Below, piece by piece: positions 43,335 through 59,261 of a stretch of 64,000 bases of DNA. Every line of letters starts with the position of its first letter. Positions within the stretch are counted from its first letter, which is position 1. Where the stretch lies: NCBI GenBank assembly GCA_951406725.2, contig OX597819.1:27590001-27654000 (forward strand), in the 5' to 3' direction. Source of the stretch: Octopus vulgaris. Taxonomy: Eukaryota. A program made the translations under genes and the position numbers. The notes below the pieces were generated by a model, which saw only the letters and a list, made by a program, of their open reading frames with translations, searched no databases and was not told where the DNA came from.

Positions 43335-43994
43335 ATCATTAATAACGAATTTTTCTGTGTGTGTCTAATTTCATATCCGTAATCTAATTACGTTCCCATA
43401 TTTCTTAAGTGGAAAAATCTTAAGCACTAAGGATACCCTACGAAAAAACGAAAAACGGCATCACAATAAGGATTTGTATTATGGACTTATCAAGGCCGTA
43501 GTTTATGTGCAGTTTCTTAAATCTTCTTTGTGGCATCTGGTGGATTTAGAGCACTGCGAAACCTTTTAAAGACAAGCTTTTAATTTATTTTTGTTATTCT
43601 TTGATGAATTTTGACTTTATGAAAGAAACAGAAAAAAAAAGATTAATAAAGATATATAATCATTTTTATGTAGGGATTTCCTGAGACAGGAAATTAATTT
43701 TGAGGCTTCTCCCAAGAATAAAAAGATTGGGGAAAGTTGGTCCAAAGGAATAACTTTGAAATGCCTTGAAACAAAAGTATATGTAGATGTAACATAAGAG
43801 CGTAGATAAAATGAATATCACACAGACGCACACATAGAGCACAGACATATACACACACACACACACACATATACATACACACATTGTCCCCCTCTCTATT
43901 TTCTCTCTCCTTCTCTCTCTCTCTTCTCCCTCTCTTTCGCTTCTCACTCTCTTTCTCTTTCTCTATGGCACATACACACATTCTTACATACATA

Positions 43995-44028
<34 letters not shown>

Positions 44029-44196
44029 CTCTCTGTATCTATCTATCTATCTATCTATCTCTATCTCAATCACACACACACACACACACAGACACATACA
44101 CACTCCTTTTTTTCAGATTTCTCTCGCTACTCCTCTCATGTTTCTGTCTCTTAGTCATCATCATCACTAGCAGCAATAGCAGTAGCACCGTCATCG

Positions 44197-44232
<36 letters not shown>

Positions 44233-45579
44233 ACAACAACTACTACAACACTCTACTACTTCAACAACAACAACAACAACATCCCTTTTCTGTCTTCAAC
44301 CGATAGTATCCAGCGGACACTCTGAGTAGAATCGGACAGTCGAAACTCTCTCTCTCTCTCTCTCTCTCTTTCTCTGTTTCCTTCTCTCTCCTTCTCTTTC
44401 ATTCTTTCTCTCTCTCTCTCTTTTCTCTCTTACCCTCTCTTTCCTTCTCTTTCTCGGCCTCCCTCTTACTCACACTAACAACCCTCACACTAATTCTCTC
44501 TGTCGCTCTCTCTCTCTCTCTCTATTTAATTCCCCCACATGTTCTCTGCTTCTCTTTCTTTTTCTGCTTCTCTCTCTCTCTCTTTCTCTCTGTCTCACTC
44601 ACACACAGACTCTCACGCCTTTTGTCTTTCTCATATTCTCCCTCCCTCCCCATCTCTCACCCTCACCGTCTCCCCCTCTCTCCACCTCTCCCTCAGTCAT
44701 CACCACTCCACCTCTCCTCCTCTTTGCACCTCTCTCCCTCTCGACCCGTCTCTCTCTCTCTCTCTCTCTCCACCCCTCCATCTCTCTCTTTTCCTCCCCT
44801 CTCTCTCTCTTTCCTCCTCTTTCTCTCCCCCTCTCTCTCTCATTCCCCTTCTCTCTCTCCCCCTCTCTCTCTCTCTCTCTTTCTCTCTTACCCGGACTTC
44901 AGATCCTCCCAGCCTTTTCTGTTTCCTTCTTCCTACCATCGTACATTATCACAAATTATCTCGAGCACTACTCCGAGTCGAAACCATGCCGATCGAAACT
45001 CTATTATCTGACTCAGATCATCTCCATCTTCCCCCTATACTCTAAGCATTCACTTCTCTACCATCAACATATTCTTTCTATCTCGACCAGGTTTAAACCT
45101 ACCCGAAACTGCGGACTGACCGGGTTCGAAACTCAAACGATGAATTCAAAGAAAAATAAATTAAAATGCTCTGTCCGTATGCAACAGGGGAAATACGGTT
45201 TTGTGGAGCTGGGGGAGTTGAAAAGCATGACTAAGCTCTGATTACTTGTTGCTAGGTTACAGGTAAGGCGTAATAATGTAAATTTTTTTAATCAACATAT
45301 TCACAGGAGATAATTAAGAGTTAGCGGTTCCCTTTGAACTTTAACACTCAATCAGCGGACCTTCTGGCTCGGGCAGAGTCGCTTCTCGAATACTCATTAC
45401 CACAAAACATCATTAAGCATCGGCAGCGCAACCAACACAGTCATCATTATCATAATCATCATCATGATCATAGTCAGCAGCAGCGGCGGCGGTGATGGTG
45501 GTGGCGGCGGCGGTGGTGGCAGCATCCGAAGCAGCGGCATCATTAACGTCACTAACAACACATCACATAATCTCCGCCC

Positions 45580-45630
<51 letters not shown>

Positions 45631-46183
45631 TATCATTATCATTATCAACACTTACCAATATCATATTCTCCGCCCATCATCAACATCATCGTCATTATCA
45701 TCATCATCATCATCATCATCATAATCATTAACATCATTTTCATTATCGTCATCGTCGTCACCATCATCATCATCATCACTATCAGAACCACAACCACCAC
45801 CACCACTAACACCGCCACCATCTTCATCGTCATCATCAACCTCGTCATCATCAACCTCATCATCATCATCTGCATCTTCATCATCATCACCACCACCACC
45901 ACCACCACCATTATTATTATTGTCGTCGTTGTCATCACACCATCATCATTATCATCATCTATAAAATCGTTCCTTTTGCCTCCTTACTTCATCATCCTCA
46001 TCATCCTCATCATCATCGCCTCCACCACGAGAACCATAACCACCACCATTATCACCCTCACCATCACTATCACCATCAACATCATGGTCATCGACATCCG
46101 TCATCATCAGTATCATCATTGTCATCATCGTCATCATGAACATCATCTCTTTACATATCAGCATCAACATTAGCAGCATCATT

Positions 46184-46215
<32 letters not shown>

Positions 46216-46715
46216 GGACATCATCATTAGCAGCATATCGGCATCATTACCATGAACACCAATATCATCAACATCATCATTACCATGATCGCTATCATTA
46301 CAACTATCACCACCACCACCACATCGTCATTACTACGATAACTATCATCACTATCATCGTCGTAATTGTCTCCATGTTCAAAATAATCATCGCCATCATC
46401 ATCATCATTAGCATCTTCTTCTTCTTCTTCTTCTTCTTCTTCTTCTTCTTCTTCTTCTTCTTCTTCTTCTTCTTCTTCTTCTTCTTCTTCTTCTTCTTCT
46501 TCTTCTTCTTTTTCAGTTTCTACCTCACTTTACCTCGTTCTTCTATACATCAGTGTCACTTCTTATATATACATCTACAGTCAGAAATGCACGTATACAT
46601 GTATACATATGCGCATGCGTACCCAAGTATATGTATGCGCGTATGTATACGTATGTACATATATATATATACATGTATATGCATACGTGCATCTATCTAC
46701 ACATACATATTATAT

Positions 46716-46927
46716 CTTTTCTACAATATCCACAAGGCCTGAAATTTAGTGTGGGAGGGATAGTCGATTCCATCGACCCCTGTGCTTAACTGGCACCTGA
46801 TTTATCGATCCCGAATGGATGAAAGGCAAGGTCGACCTCAGCGGAATTTGAACTCAAAACGCAAAAACTGGAAGAAATGCCGTTAAGCATTTTTCCAAAC
46901 GTGCTAACGATTCTGCCTGCTCACCGC
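46716..46927 (-). mobile_element. SINE family B
   Basis: Reverse complement of the family B consensus. Confidence 0.82.
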
Positions 46928-46984
46928 TTTTTCGTGTGTATATAATATTATATGTGTGTATATAATATTATATAATATATATAG

Positions 46985-47015
<31 letters not shown>

Positions 47016-47365
47016 TGTATGTATGTATGTATGTATGTATGTATGTATGTATGTATGTATGTATGTAGCAAAACGACAGACTTGTTAGAGCGACAGACAG
47101 AAGACCTTGTGATATATGTTCCAGCTCACTGCTCGCCGTGTTCAAATTCCACTGAGGTCAACATTGCTTTGTAGCTTTCGAAGTCAATAAAGCACCAGAC
47201 CCGAACGATAAATGTACAATTTTGTATAAAAGCGTCAGAAGAGATGCTTTGCAGTACTCGTTCCGCTCTTGGAGTTCTCAGAATAACTTCGCCCAATCGT
47301 TATCTGAGCCTAATCCGTAATAGGTTTATTACGAAACGCTGACATTGGATCCAATGTAGAAAGGA

Positions 47366-47409
<44 letters not shown>

Positions 47410-47576
47410 AAAAAAACAGGTAGGTTGGTTTCTGAAACTCCAATGAACTCGTGAAATTACTGTGATGTTGAGTTCATAAGAGTTTCCCCGCATCTGTGTG
47501 TCGGGGGGTACTTGGAGACATATTTCGCTCGCATTTGCGTTATGTGAATACAGATACATTACCCAAACAAATATAA

Positions 47577-47607
<31 letters not shown>

Positions 47608-47652
47608 TGCATACATACACGCACAGACACACACACACACACCCGTGGGTGC

Positions 47653-47690
<38 letters not shown>

Positions 47691-47723
47691 ATGTGTGTGT
47701 GCGTATATATGTGTATATATATG

Positions 47724-47767
<44 letters not shown>

Positions 47768-47832
47768 CATATATATATATATATATGTATATGTATATAT
47801 ACATGCATATATATATATATATATATACATGC

Positions 47833-48014
<182 letters not shown>

Positions 48015-48226
48015 ATATATAGTAATTGATACTGCCTGATAGACTTACACTTTCAAATGGTGCAACATACTTACTTACACATATATACACATACACAAAC
48101 ACACATAAGCATACACACATACAGATGTACACACGCACATGCAGACATACAGAGTTACAGAGAAATACATAAAGGGAAACAACATAAAACAAACACACGC
48201 AATCTGTTGAAACACGTTTATAGTCG

Positions 48227-48276
<50 letters not shown>

Positions 48277-48389
48277 ACCACCACCACCACACGTGCACAC
48301 ACGTAGAAAGGGACATACATGTACGCATATAAAACAACACGGTAGTTGACCCCTTTCTTCGTCATGTCCAACGCACAAAGACATACAGA

Positions 48390-48445
<56 letters not shown>

Positions 48446-48715
48446 TATATATATATATAAATATAGACATAAGCACACATATAAACACACACATCCAACA
48501 TAGCAGGAATGTTATTGACTTCATTAAATATACAACGGCTTCACCTGCACTAATTTCACACGCGCGTGCACACACACACACACACACACACGCACACACA
48601 CACACACACACACATATACACATACACACTCACACACATGCACACACTTAAACACACACATAACACACACTTCACACATACCAAACACGTCATTATATAC
48701 ATCAAGAAGCACACG

Positions 48716-48747
<32 letters not shown>

Positions 48748-49425
48748 CTATCATGAATGTTATCATCATCGTCATCCCTATCATTATTATCATCATCATC
48801 ATCATCGTTATCATCATTGTCATAATTATCACCATCATCATCATCATAATATCATGAAAGAGAAACACACGCAAACCGACATACAAACACATCTATAAAA
48901 GTCATACATACACAAACAGCCGCGCATACATATATAAAGAAATACACAACTACAGAACACATCACACTCACATACACACTCACACACCACATGCATCATC
49001 ACTAGATAACCACTCCATCACCACTCCGGCACCACCCCATACAACTCCGTCACCACTCCGGCACCGCTCCGGCACCACTCCATGCCACTCCGGCACCACT
49101 CCGTCATCACTCCGGCATCACGCCCATACCACTCCATGCCACTCCGACACCACGCCGTTACCGCCCCCGTCACTAATGCTACTCGACACTTACAACTGAG
49201 CATCAACGTGATCGCAAGGACTGCTAGAAATAGCAATCAAATCTTCCTCAAATCACATAGCGCACCGTCTTGGAAAGCACACACACACGCACACACACAC
49301 ACACGTTGACGGAACGCCTTGGTCATGAATGGAACGCCTTGGATTATAGAACCCCTCTCTCGAATATAGCTGATCTGAGGCTAATCAACGTCATTTTCGG
49401 CCGTATCACCACACATAAGACATAC

Positions 49426-49655
49426 CTATTTCTTTATTACCCACAAGGGGCTAAACACAGAGGGGACAAACAAGGACATACATAGGTATTAAGTCGATTA
49501 CATCGACCCCAGTGCGTAACTGGTACTTAATTTATCGACCCCGAAACGATGAAAGGCAAAGTCGACCTCGGCGGAATTTGAACTCACAACGTAACGGCAG
49601 ACGAAATACCGATAAGCATTTCGCCCGGCGTGCTAACGATTCTGCCAGCTCACCA
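49426..49655 (-). mobile_element. SINE family B, full length, young
   Basis: Intact head and tail. Confidence 0.9.
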
Positions 49656-50210
49656 TCAACATCACATGACACTCGTCGTATATAACACGCGAACACATAC
49701 ACACACATACGCCAGTGCATCCACCACATAAATTATTTACACACATACGTCATATCTCCCCCCACACAACGTTAGATACGCGTACATGCAAGCACCAGGC
49801 CCCATCACGAGTATCACACGCATATAACAATCACAGTTGGTATGTCGCGCATATCTTGAAAATCATAACCATCCGCGCTTATCACACACCTATGGCATAC
49901 ATCAAACGCACACACACGCACACACACACGCACACACACACACGCGCACACACACACACACACACTCGCATCAAGCAAAGATATCACATACTCATCACGC
50001 ACAACACATGCAAACAAATACACACATCACGAGCACGCTGTCTTTGTCACTCACTTACACAGTCACACACGTGCGCGCGCGCGTGCACCTCTACCTCAAT
50101 CTCGCATACTCTCACCTACCATATCCCCAATAAATTACCTCTCCCCCCTCAATATCCTCACACCTGTCACTAATCGATTTGAGTAAAGATTTTTCACACT
50201 GTTGTTGTTG

Positions 50211-50274
<64 letters not shown>

Positions 50275-50327
50275 GGGATTGTGTCAAAATAAGAAAAGAG
50301 TTTTATTACTAATACTACTACTACTAC

Positions 50328-50378
<51 letters not shown>

Positions 50379-50391
50379 TATCATCATCATT

Positions 50392-50426
<35 letters not shown>

Positions 50427-50441
50427 TATTATTATTATTAA

Positions 50442-50483
<42 letters not shown>

Positions 50484-51362
50484 CATTATTATTATCATCA
50501 TCATCATCATTATTATTATTATTATCATTATTATTATCATTATTATTATTAGTTCGTATAATTACTATTTTCAGAAATATTAGAGGAAAGGACGGTTATA
50601 TGAAAACTAAAAAAAATTGGATTTTTAAAAAAAATTCTTTTAAATTTAAAATAAATTTATTAATGAAGTCAGTCAAAGGCGAATGGAACCCATTTTCATT
50701 AACGTTATAAAAGGGAAATATAGAGAAGGTGTGGGAGGGTAAAACAGAAAGAGAGAGAGAAAATGAGGAAAAAGAGAAGCAAAAAAGAGAAATGTTGATT
50801 CGCAACATTGGTAAACCCTTAGAATAATGTCAGTCTAGCGTCCTACAGGGTTTGCAGTTAGCATCACATCAAAACGAATTTAATTCAGCCGGCCAGTTAA
50901 TTGCGATGTCAATGATTTTTGTTTTACTACATTCTGTAGCGGCTGATTTTGTCATAGCGTGCGTTTGCCCGTGGGTACTTGCTAATGACGAAGTCCGAAG
51001 AAGGAGAAATACGAATTTAGCAATCTCACCACCTCTGATGATGATTTTTGTCTGCTATATTACTGGGTTTTTTTTTAGCACTATATGTCTCTGCTAGAGA
51101 CACGAACTCAAGACGAATATCGTAGTCTAGCAGGCTTTCAACGATGTATTTACTTTATGTACGATACACATATTGCTATTTTGAACCACGACTGCTTCTG
51201 TTGCTAATAACGAATTTGTGAGTGAGTGAGTGTGTGAGGGGGTGATTAAGACCGATGAAATAAGTACCGAACTTTAACAAAAATAATTACTGGGGTCGAT
51301 TTGTTCAAGATGTTTCCAACATGACCGCTGGTCAAAGATTGAAGCCAGTAAAAGATTAAAAA

Positions 51363-52125
51363 TACGAGATGGTAGCAAAAGTTTCCCCGACTAGTTATGT
51401 TAATAAAAAAAATAACTTATTTGCCTAAGTTTTAACATCATCTCCTTCGAAACAGTCGCTTTGCGCAAAAATATTCCGGTTCCAGGGTTCCTGCCATTTT
51501 TGGAATCCGGCCTGGAAATCCTTTTCCGTAAGCGAGTCGAGGATCTTTTGCGATTCGCTCTGGGTATCGACAACGGTGTTAAAACGGCGACCTTTGAGAT
51601 GCATTTTCGTCTTGGGGGAATAGATAGAATTTGGCCGGTGCTAAATCTGGCGAATATGGCGGGTGCAGAAACGATGCCATGTTGTTGAGAGTAGGCGTTA
51701 ATCGCAGTAAGTTGTAAAGTGTTTTGGTAGTTTGTCGGAATATCGTTTCTTGGTTCGAGTATAATTTATGGAGAGTTTGTTGTCTTCTAACGTTGTTGTT
51801 ACCCTGAAGCAGGGCAACAAACTCTCCACAAACCATGTTGTTTCTGGCGAGAAGTTCAAGAGTGAGGAGAGCCCGGTTATAGGGCGCATTGTCGTCGTGA
51901 AGAATGCTATTCTTTGCGATACACAGCTTTGGTCGCTTTCGCCGAATGTCCTCCCTCAAACTCTTCAAAACGTCACAGTAGAACTCTCGATTTACGGTGT
52001 GGTCCTAGGGAATGCACTCTCGATGCATAATACCACATTTCCGGGAGTGACACTCGTGACAGGCCTTCCAGATCTCTCATCATCTTCCAGAGAGGTTCTT
52101 CCACTTTCGAAGCATGTGAAATAAA
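51363..52125 (-). mobile_element. Decayed mariner-family transposon
   Basis: LREDIRRKRP...ILHDDNAP and HPPYSPDLAP..FYLFP motifs; ta|cgag TIR-like end near 51363; interrupted at 51687-51832. Confidence 0.8.
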
Positions 52126-52524
52126 GTGTTTACTCTTTTACTTGTTTCAGTAATTTGACTGTGGCCATGCTGGAGCACCGCCTTTAGTCGAACAAATCAA
52201 CCCCAGGACTTATTCTTTGGATGCCTAGTACTTATTCTCTTCTAACAATAAACATGTAACGAAGCATGGAAACAGCAACGTAAGAAGGCAACAAACTCTC
52301 CACAAACTATACACGAAGCAAGAAACGATATTCCAACAAACTACCAAAACAACTTCCGCGATTAACGCCTACTCTCTCTGTCTCTCATTCAGACTGCTGC
52401 GATCTATAGTCATCGAGTCAAGTCTATTCTCGCAGGGGGTGTTGTGAACCTCGCCCCTACATACATATATTTTTATATATACACGCACACACTGGTGTAT
52501 GCAAATACCCATGCACATGCATAC

Positions 52525-52567
<43 letters not shown>

Positions 52568-52571
<4 letters not shown>

Positions 52572-52738
52572 ACTAATATAAGATAAATTTTTTTCCAGAA
52601 AAAATTTCATCAAAAGTGGCAGCATATTTTGCCTTTGTTTATAAATTGTTTATAATTTTCACCTTTAAATGTATTTTAATATGCTGCCACTTTTGATGAA
52701 AATTTTTCTGGAAAAATTTTATCCTATATTAGTGGTAA
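52568..52738. repeat. Inverted repeat with about 60-bp arms next to (TA)n
   Basis: taccactaatata...aaaagtggcagcatatt versus aatatgctgccactttt...tatattagtggta. Confidence 0.85.
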
Positions 52739-53122
52739 ATTTATTACTGGGGTACTTATGTGTACACATGACTCTTGCTTCTACTTTTTTCCATTGGTGC
52801 TTGTAAGTATTTCATTTATTTCTTATCGTGTTTTCTACTGAAGAAGGAAAAATCCGTAGGATTAATCCCGAAATTGATTCAATATAGAAATTTCTATTCG
52901 TATTTCCTACTGAAGAGGAAAAAATCTATTATGAGATTAATTCGGAAATTGATTCAATATAGAAATAACGAACTTTTAAAAAATTCTGTTGACTAGCTTT
53001 CCTCGATTTTAGCACAACGTACATCTGTAGAGGGTATAATAATATGTGGAAATTGACGATTTAAAAGTCTGTTATCAGCATATAGGCATTGAAATAATTT
53101 TCTTTTGCCCTTGTTTATAAGT

Positions 53123-53197
<75 letters not shown>

Positions 53198-53574
53198 TAG
53201 CAGAGATACCCGGTGTTACTTGGGATTAACATGGCATAGTTTGAATATATACAATGGTAATGTTGAAACGGGTGATACGTGGAAGTGAAGCATTGACGAC
53301 AAAACATTTGTGGAGTAAATGATGGGCTAACTCGACTAAGTGGTATGTCATGCGTCCGTTTGGAGGAATCCAGGTATCTAACCTGTCATGGAAAATTAGG
53401 GTTGGTGAGTAATGTTGACACTCGTTAGGTGTAATATTATTACTTTGTAAAATTTGATTTGATTTAGTGGAGCCGTTTGAGACGGACTGTGTGTGTGTGT
53501 GTGTGTATGTGTGTAAGCATACCGATACATAGAGACAGAAACAGAGACAGAGAGAGTGAGACAGACAGACAGAC

Positions 53575-53636
<62 letters not shown>

Positions 53637-53723
53637 GTTTCTTTATTGGCCACACAGGGCTGCACACAGATGGGACCAGTTACAAGGTAGAGCTTTTCTT
53701 TTGGGGGATGAAAAACAAAAAAC

Positions 53724-53754
<31 letters not shown>

Positions 53755-53755
53755 C

Positions 53756-53878
<123 letters not shown>

Positions 53879-54328
53879 AATTTCTACCACCGTAATTTTG
53901 CTTTAATAATGTTTTCCTTTACGTTTCAGTCGTTACAAAACTGAAGTCAGATTCGCTCAAACGTCTCATTTCGTCAATATGGCTGTATATGCATACTAAA
54001 AGCGCTTGTGCGTCTGGTTGTTTGAGCGTGTGCTAGTGAGTGCGCATGTTTATGTGACGGTGTGTGAAGGTATGTGGGTTCACGTATGTGTGTGCAGCAA
54101 CGTTTGTTTGCGTGTGTTAGGGAGGTAAGGTGTACTTGTGTCTTCGTATACGAGGCCCTCGGGTAATTTACTCATTTCGAAGGTTTCTTTAAATGAACAT
54201 GACTAATTTGAAGTGAACTGTTGACTTTCGATACAAACTCAAACACAAATACGCGAATGTGCACACACATTTACAGTGTTACAGGCACACAAGCGCACAT
54301 ATATATATACACAAACATATATATGCAA

Positions 54329-54390
<62 letters not shown>

Positions 54391-54855
54391 ACACACACTT
54401 CTACATATAATTTTTAGGTGGAGGCTTTCAAACACAAACCTACCAAGACACATACGTTGGTACTTTCACATACTTGCATTCATTCAATAATACATACACC
54501 AATGAACACATACAAACATATAGACACACACGTGAAACACATGAGCACATACATACATACGTACGTACATACATACATACATACATACATACATACATAC
54601 ATACATACATACATGCATGCATACATACATACATACATACATACATACATACATACATACGAACATACGTACATACATGCATACATACATACATACATAC
54701 ATACATACATACATACATACATACATACATACATACATACATACGAATATACGTACATACATGCATACATACATACACACACGCACACTCAAGCACGTAC
54801 ACTCTCGTGAGTACTTAAACAGTTTCACAATTATAATTAATATATACACACTAGA

Positions 54856-54945
<90 letters not shown>

Positions 54946-55042
54946 CACAATCATACATACAGACATGATATTCACATTGCATATTCACGCACGTATGTAA
55001 ATATTTATACATACAACAGACTTACACGCCCTACAGTCATTG

Positions 55043-55080
<38 letters not shown>

Positions 55081-55162
55081 GTATATAGATACATACATAT
55101 ACATACATACATGAATATATACACCCACAGACACACACATTCGCACACGTACACACACAGAC

Positions 55163-55199
<37 letters not shown>

Positions 55200-55217
55200 T
55201 ATATACACACACATGGG

Positions 55218-55261
<44 letters not shown>

Positions 55262-55473
55262 TATACACACGTTCATACCTGTATACAATCAGTGAGGTAT
55301 TTACACTCATAAGTTATTATGCACACACACTCACGCAAACACTCCTACTTACCTGAAACTAATTGAGAGTAACCTAAACACACATGCATGTGTCGAGAGA
55401 GGTGTATATTAATGTTTCTGCACGCATATATATTTATATTATCGAGCGTGTTTGCGTCTGTGTACAAACAAAT

Positions 55474-55528
<55 letters not shown>

Positions 55529-55897
55529 TTATTCTTTCTCTCTCTATCTCCCTCCAGTCACTCACTTTTTTCTCTCTCTATCTACCTCCCTCCCACACTC
55601 CCTCTCCGTCTCGCTTTCACTCGATCCCTTACAAAAACACGCATCTATATACCCCACATATACATACAAACATATACACACACACACACATTACATACAT
55701 ACAAATTCATATAAATATTTTGTGTATATATTTATGTGTTTGTGTTTGTGTGTGTATGAGTTTGTGTTTGTGCATGAAGATATACATACCCTGTTTATAG
55801 GCATATTGTATCATGGTTTGTATATACATATATATGTGTTTGTGTGTGTGTGTGTATAAAAGTCATATGTGCGTTGTGTGTATGTATATATATATAT

Positions 55898-56011
<114 letters not shown>

Positions 56012-56049
56012 GGATAGATAGGTAGGTAGATAGACAGATAGATGATTGG

Positions 56050-56102
<53 letters not shown>

Positions 56103-56111
56103 TGGTAGATG

Positions 56112-56211
<100 letters not shown>

Positions 56212-56489
56212 CATGTACTTACATGTATGTATGCATGTTACCATATATGTATGTTAGCATGTTTGTATGCATTTATGCAGGTATGCATGTGCGGTGGGTG
56301 TGTGATGGGTTTACTCTGAAGCATAGCCACGCACAACACTAATGTCAGTAATAGCAAAACAAAACAAAACAAAAACGAAATACAGAGGAAGGAAGAAGGA
56401 AGGACGGAAGGCCTGGGGAACATTGCTTGCTAAAATTAACATAAAAAAAATCAATAAATGAATTTTTAAAATCAAATATACATATATAC

Positions 56490-56535
<46 letters not shown>

Positions 56536-57288
56536 ATGTCTGTGTGCGTGTGTATGTGTGCATGTGTGTGTGTGTGCATGTGTGTGTGCATGCGTGTGTG
56601 TGCATGTGTGTGTGCATGTGTGTGTATGTGTGTGTGTGTGCATGTGTGTGTGTGCGTGTGCGTGTGTGCGTGTGTGTATGTGTGTGTGAATGGGTGTGTG
56701 TGTGCGCGTGTGTGTGTGTGCGCGTGTGTGTGAGCGTGTGTGTGTGTGTGTGTGCATGTGTGTGTGTGTGTGCATGTGTGTGTGTGTGTGTGTGTATTTG
56801 AAAGAAAATATCTGAACGCCCAACCAACCAACCAACCAGCCTTGAGAAAATATGAAAAAGAAAATATCACATCATATCAGAAACCTTGAAATGATTTCAT
56901 TAAATTCAAGTCATTGAAATTACCTGAGGTATAATGTAATCAAATTAAAATCATTGAACGTGATAGCGTTGAAAACATTGGAGCAGAAATCAAAGTTTTG
57001 CAAGGCTCACTTGCTTTTTGGGGAGCAAAAGACAGGGAAGTATTTTATATGTTTTAGTGGAAATAAAAAGAATTTGATTCAGTTCGATTCGGTTTTATTT
57101 ATACTCAGTTACGTCCCTATTTTCGTTTTTCTTTTTTTCTTTTTCTTGTTCAAATCCCGCAAAGGTCAACTTCGCCGTTAATCCTTTTGGCTTTGATAAA
57201 ATAAAGTAATAGGCGATCACTTGTGTTGGTGCTATCCGCTAATTTCCCTTCCCTCAAACACATTGACCGTTTTGTCAAAAACAGAAAC

Positions 57289-57343
<55 letters not shown>

Positions 57344-57517
57344 GTTATAAGGTTGTCCCAAAAATTCGTAGAAAGTCTTGGAAAATAATGGTCTTTATTT
57401 TGAGGAATAATTTTTGTTGTTTTTGTTAGTACTTAGCGAGTAAAAATTCAATTTTCGCAAGTGTTTACGAACTTTTGGGACAACCTAATATTATTATTAT
57501 TATTATAATTATTATTA

Positions 57518-58074
57518 TTGAGTGAGAGAGCAGTGCATGCCATCAGAGTGACACTGGGGTAAAATATACGAAGCCCAGTATACCCATCATGACTACCCGT
57601 CTGATAAGGGTACACTAGGCACACGCATCACAACCATATGTGCGCGACATGGTGATCTCATATCAAGATAAACAGCACATGACCTTGCAGGTGGAGCGCA
57701 GTTAGAATTTTCTTCTGGTCGAGTAGCCCATCCCGCTCAAAATGTCTCTGAATAAAGGTTGTTTAAGGATGTTGAATGAAACACCCATGTTTCCAGAAGT
57801 GAATTATTCAAACACCAAAGAATCCCTCTCAACACATGGCTATGATGCTCCCCTACTACTTCTGCTCGTGATCAGAGATGCACATATCGTCAGCCACTAA
57901 GGGACATGCTCAACTGGTTAAGGTCAAACAACTGACAAGTAAATCTGTGGTGTTGAGCAGAATATTTGCTGTAGCCCATCTTTTATACCAAGACAAAACA
58001 ATGTACATGACAACACTTCCAATCAGTTAAGATCAGAATCCACGAGAGCCACTGCCTGGTACTGCATCAGGGCA
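57518..58074 (-). mobile_element. Non-coding retroposon inserted in an (AAT)n microsatellite
   Basis: (att)n on both sides; 3' end ...ggcatgcactgctctctcactc(aat)n is shared with 32115-32226. Confidence 0.7.
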
Positions 58075-58108
58075 ATTATTATTATTATTATTATCATTAT
58101 TATTATTA

Positions 58109-58317
<209 letters not shown>

Positions 58318-58859
58318 GTTATTATTAGTTCAAATCAGGCCGGTCTTGACTTCGCCTTTCATCCTTTCGGAGGTCGACAAATTAAGTACCAGTTGAGTAC
58401 TGGGGTCGACTGGTACTTTATTTTCATTAACACTGGAAAGATTTATCTTTGAAGGACATGACTCAATAACACAAAGTATTTTGTTGTTTTTGCTGTTTTT
58501 ATTGTTTGATGTTGTTATGCAGCACGTGATCAGTCGAACAGAGGTGCGATCAAAGGCGTTCCATCCGCAACCATTCCCATTTATGGGGTCTAATAAGAGC
58601 AAAACATGCACGGAGTTGTTACTGTACTTCTCAGGATCATACTTCCGCTCTGTTCCATGTTAAATCTATTTTCTTTACCCCAACCCCAAAACACAGGACT
58701 ATACTATGTACCTCTCTCTCTCTCTCTCTCTCTCCATATATATATATATATATATATATAGTTGATCCAAACAAGAAAACACAAAACAAACATAACAACG
58801 CGATGACGTGGAACAAATAAAGTATTATTGGACGCTCAGGAAAGAAGAGAAGAAGGAGG

Positions 58860-58894
58860 GTTTAACGTTTCGAGCGGAGCTCTTCGTCGGAAAC
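58860..58894 (-). ncRNA. Minimal hammerhead in a PLE-type fragment (about 58760-58980)
   Basis: gttt|CCGACGA|a|gagc tcc gctc|GAAA|cg|T|T|aaac. Confidence 0.7.
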
Positions 58895-59069
58895 ATAGGA
58901 GAAGGAAAGATCCCGAGAAGGGAAGACGGAGGAGGAAAAAAATCGCCAGCGGTACTCACGAGGTCACATATTGAAAGACCGGAAGAAGAAAGGTAGAAGA
59001 ATAATGTTTTTTAAAGACAGGAGAGTTTTCAAAGACAGTATGGTAAAGACAAGGAAAGTGAGAGGGGGA

Positions 59070-59101
<32 letters not shown>

Positions 59102-59261
59102 CTCTTTCTTTCTCTCTCTCTCTCTCTCTCTCTCTCCCTCTCTGCGTATGTGTGTGTGTGTGTGTGTTTTAGGCAGCAAGTTGTTATTTGAGTACGATTT
59201 AGCTACTATACCAATCTAGGCCAACGATTACATATTCGTTGGCTGAATAAATGCTAAAATG

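Noticed and set aside
49010-49165. caccactccggca repeats as a CRISPR-like or coding repeat
   Set aside because: Short degenerate minisatellite without unique spacers, in a eukaryotic context.
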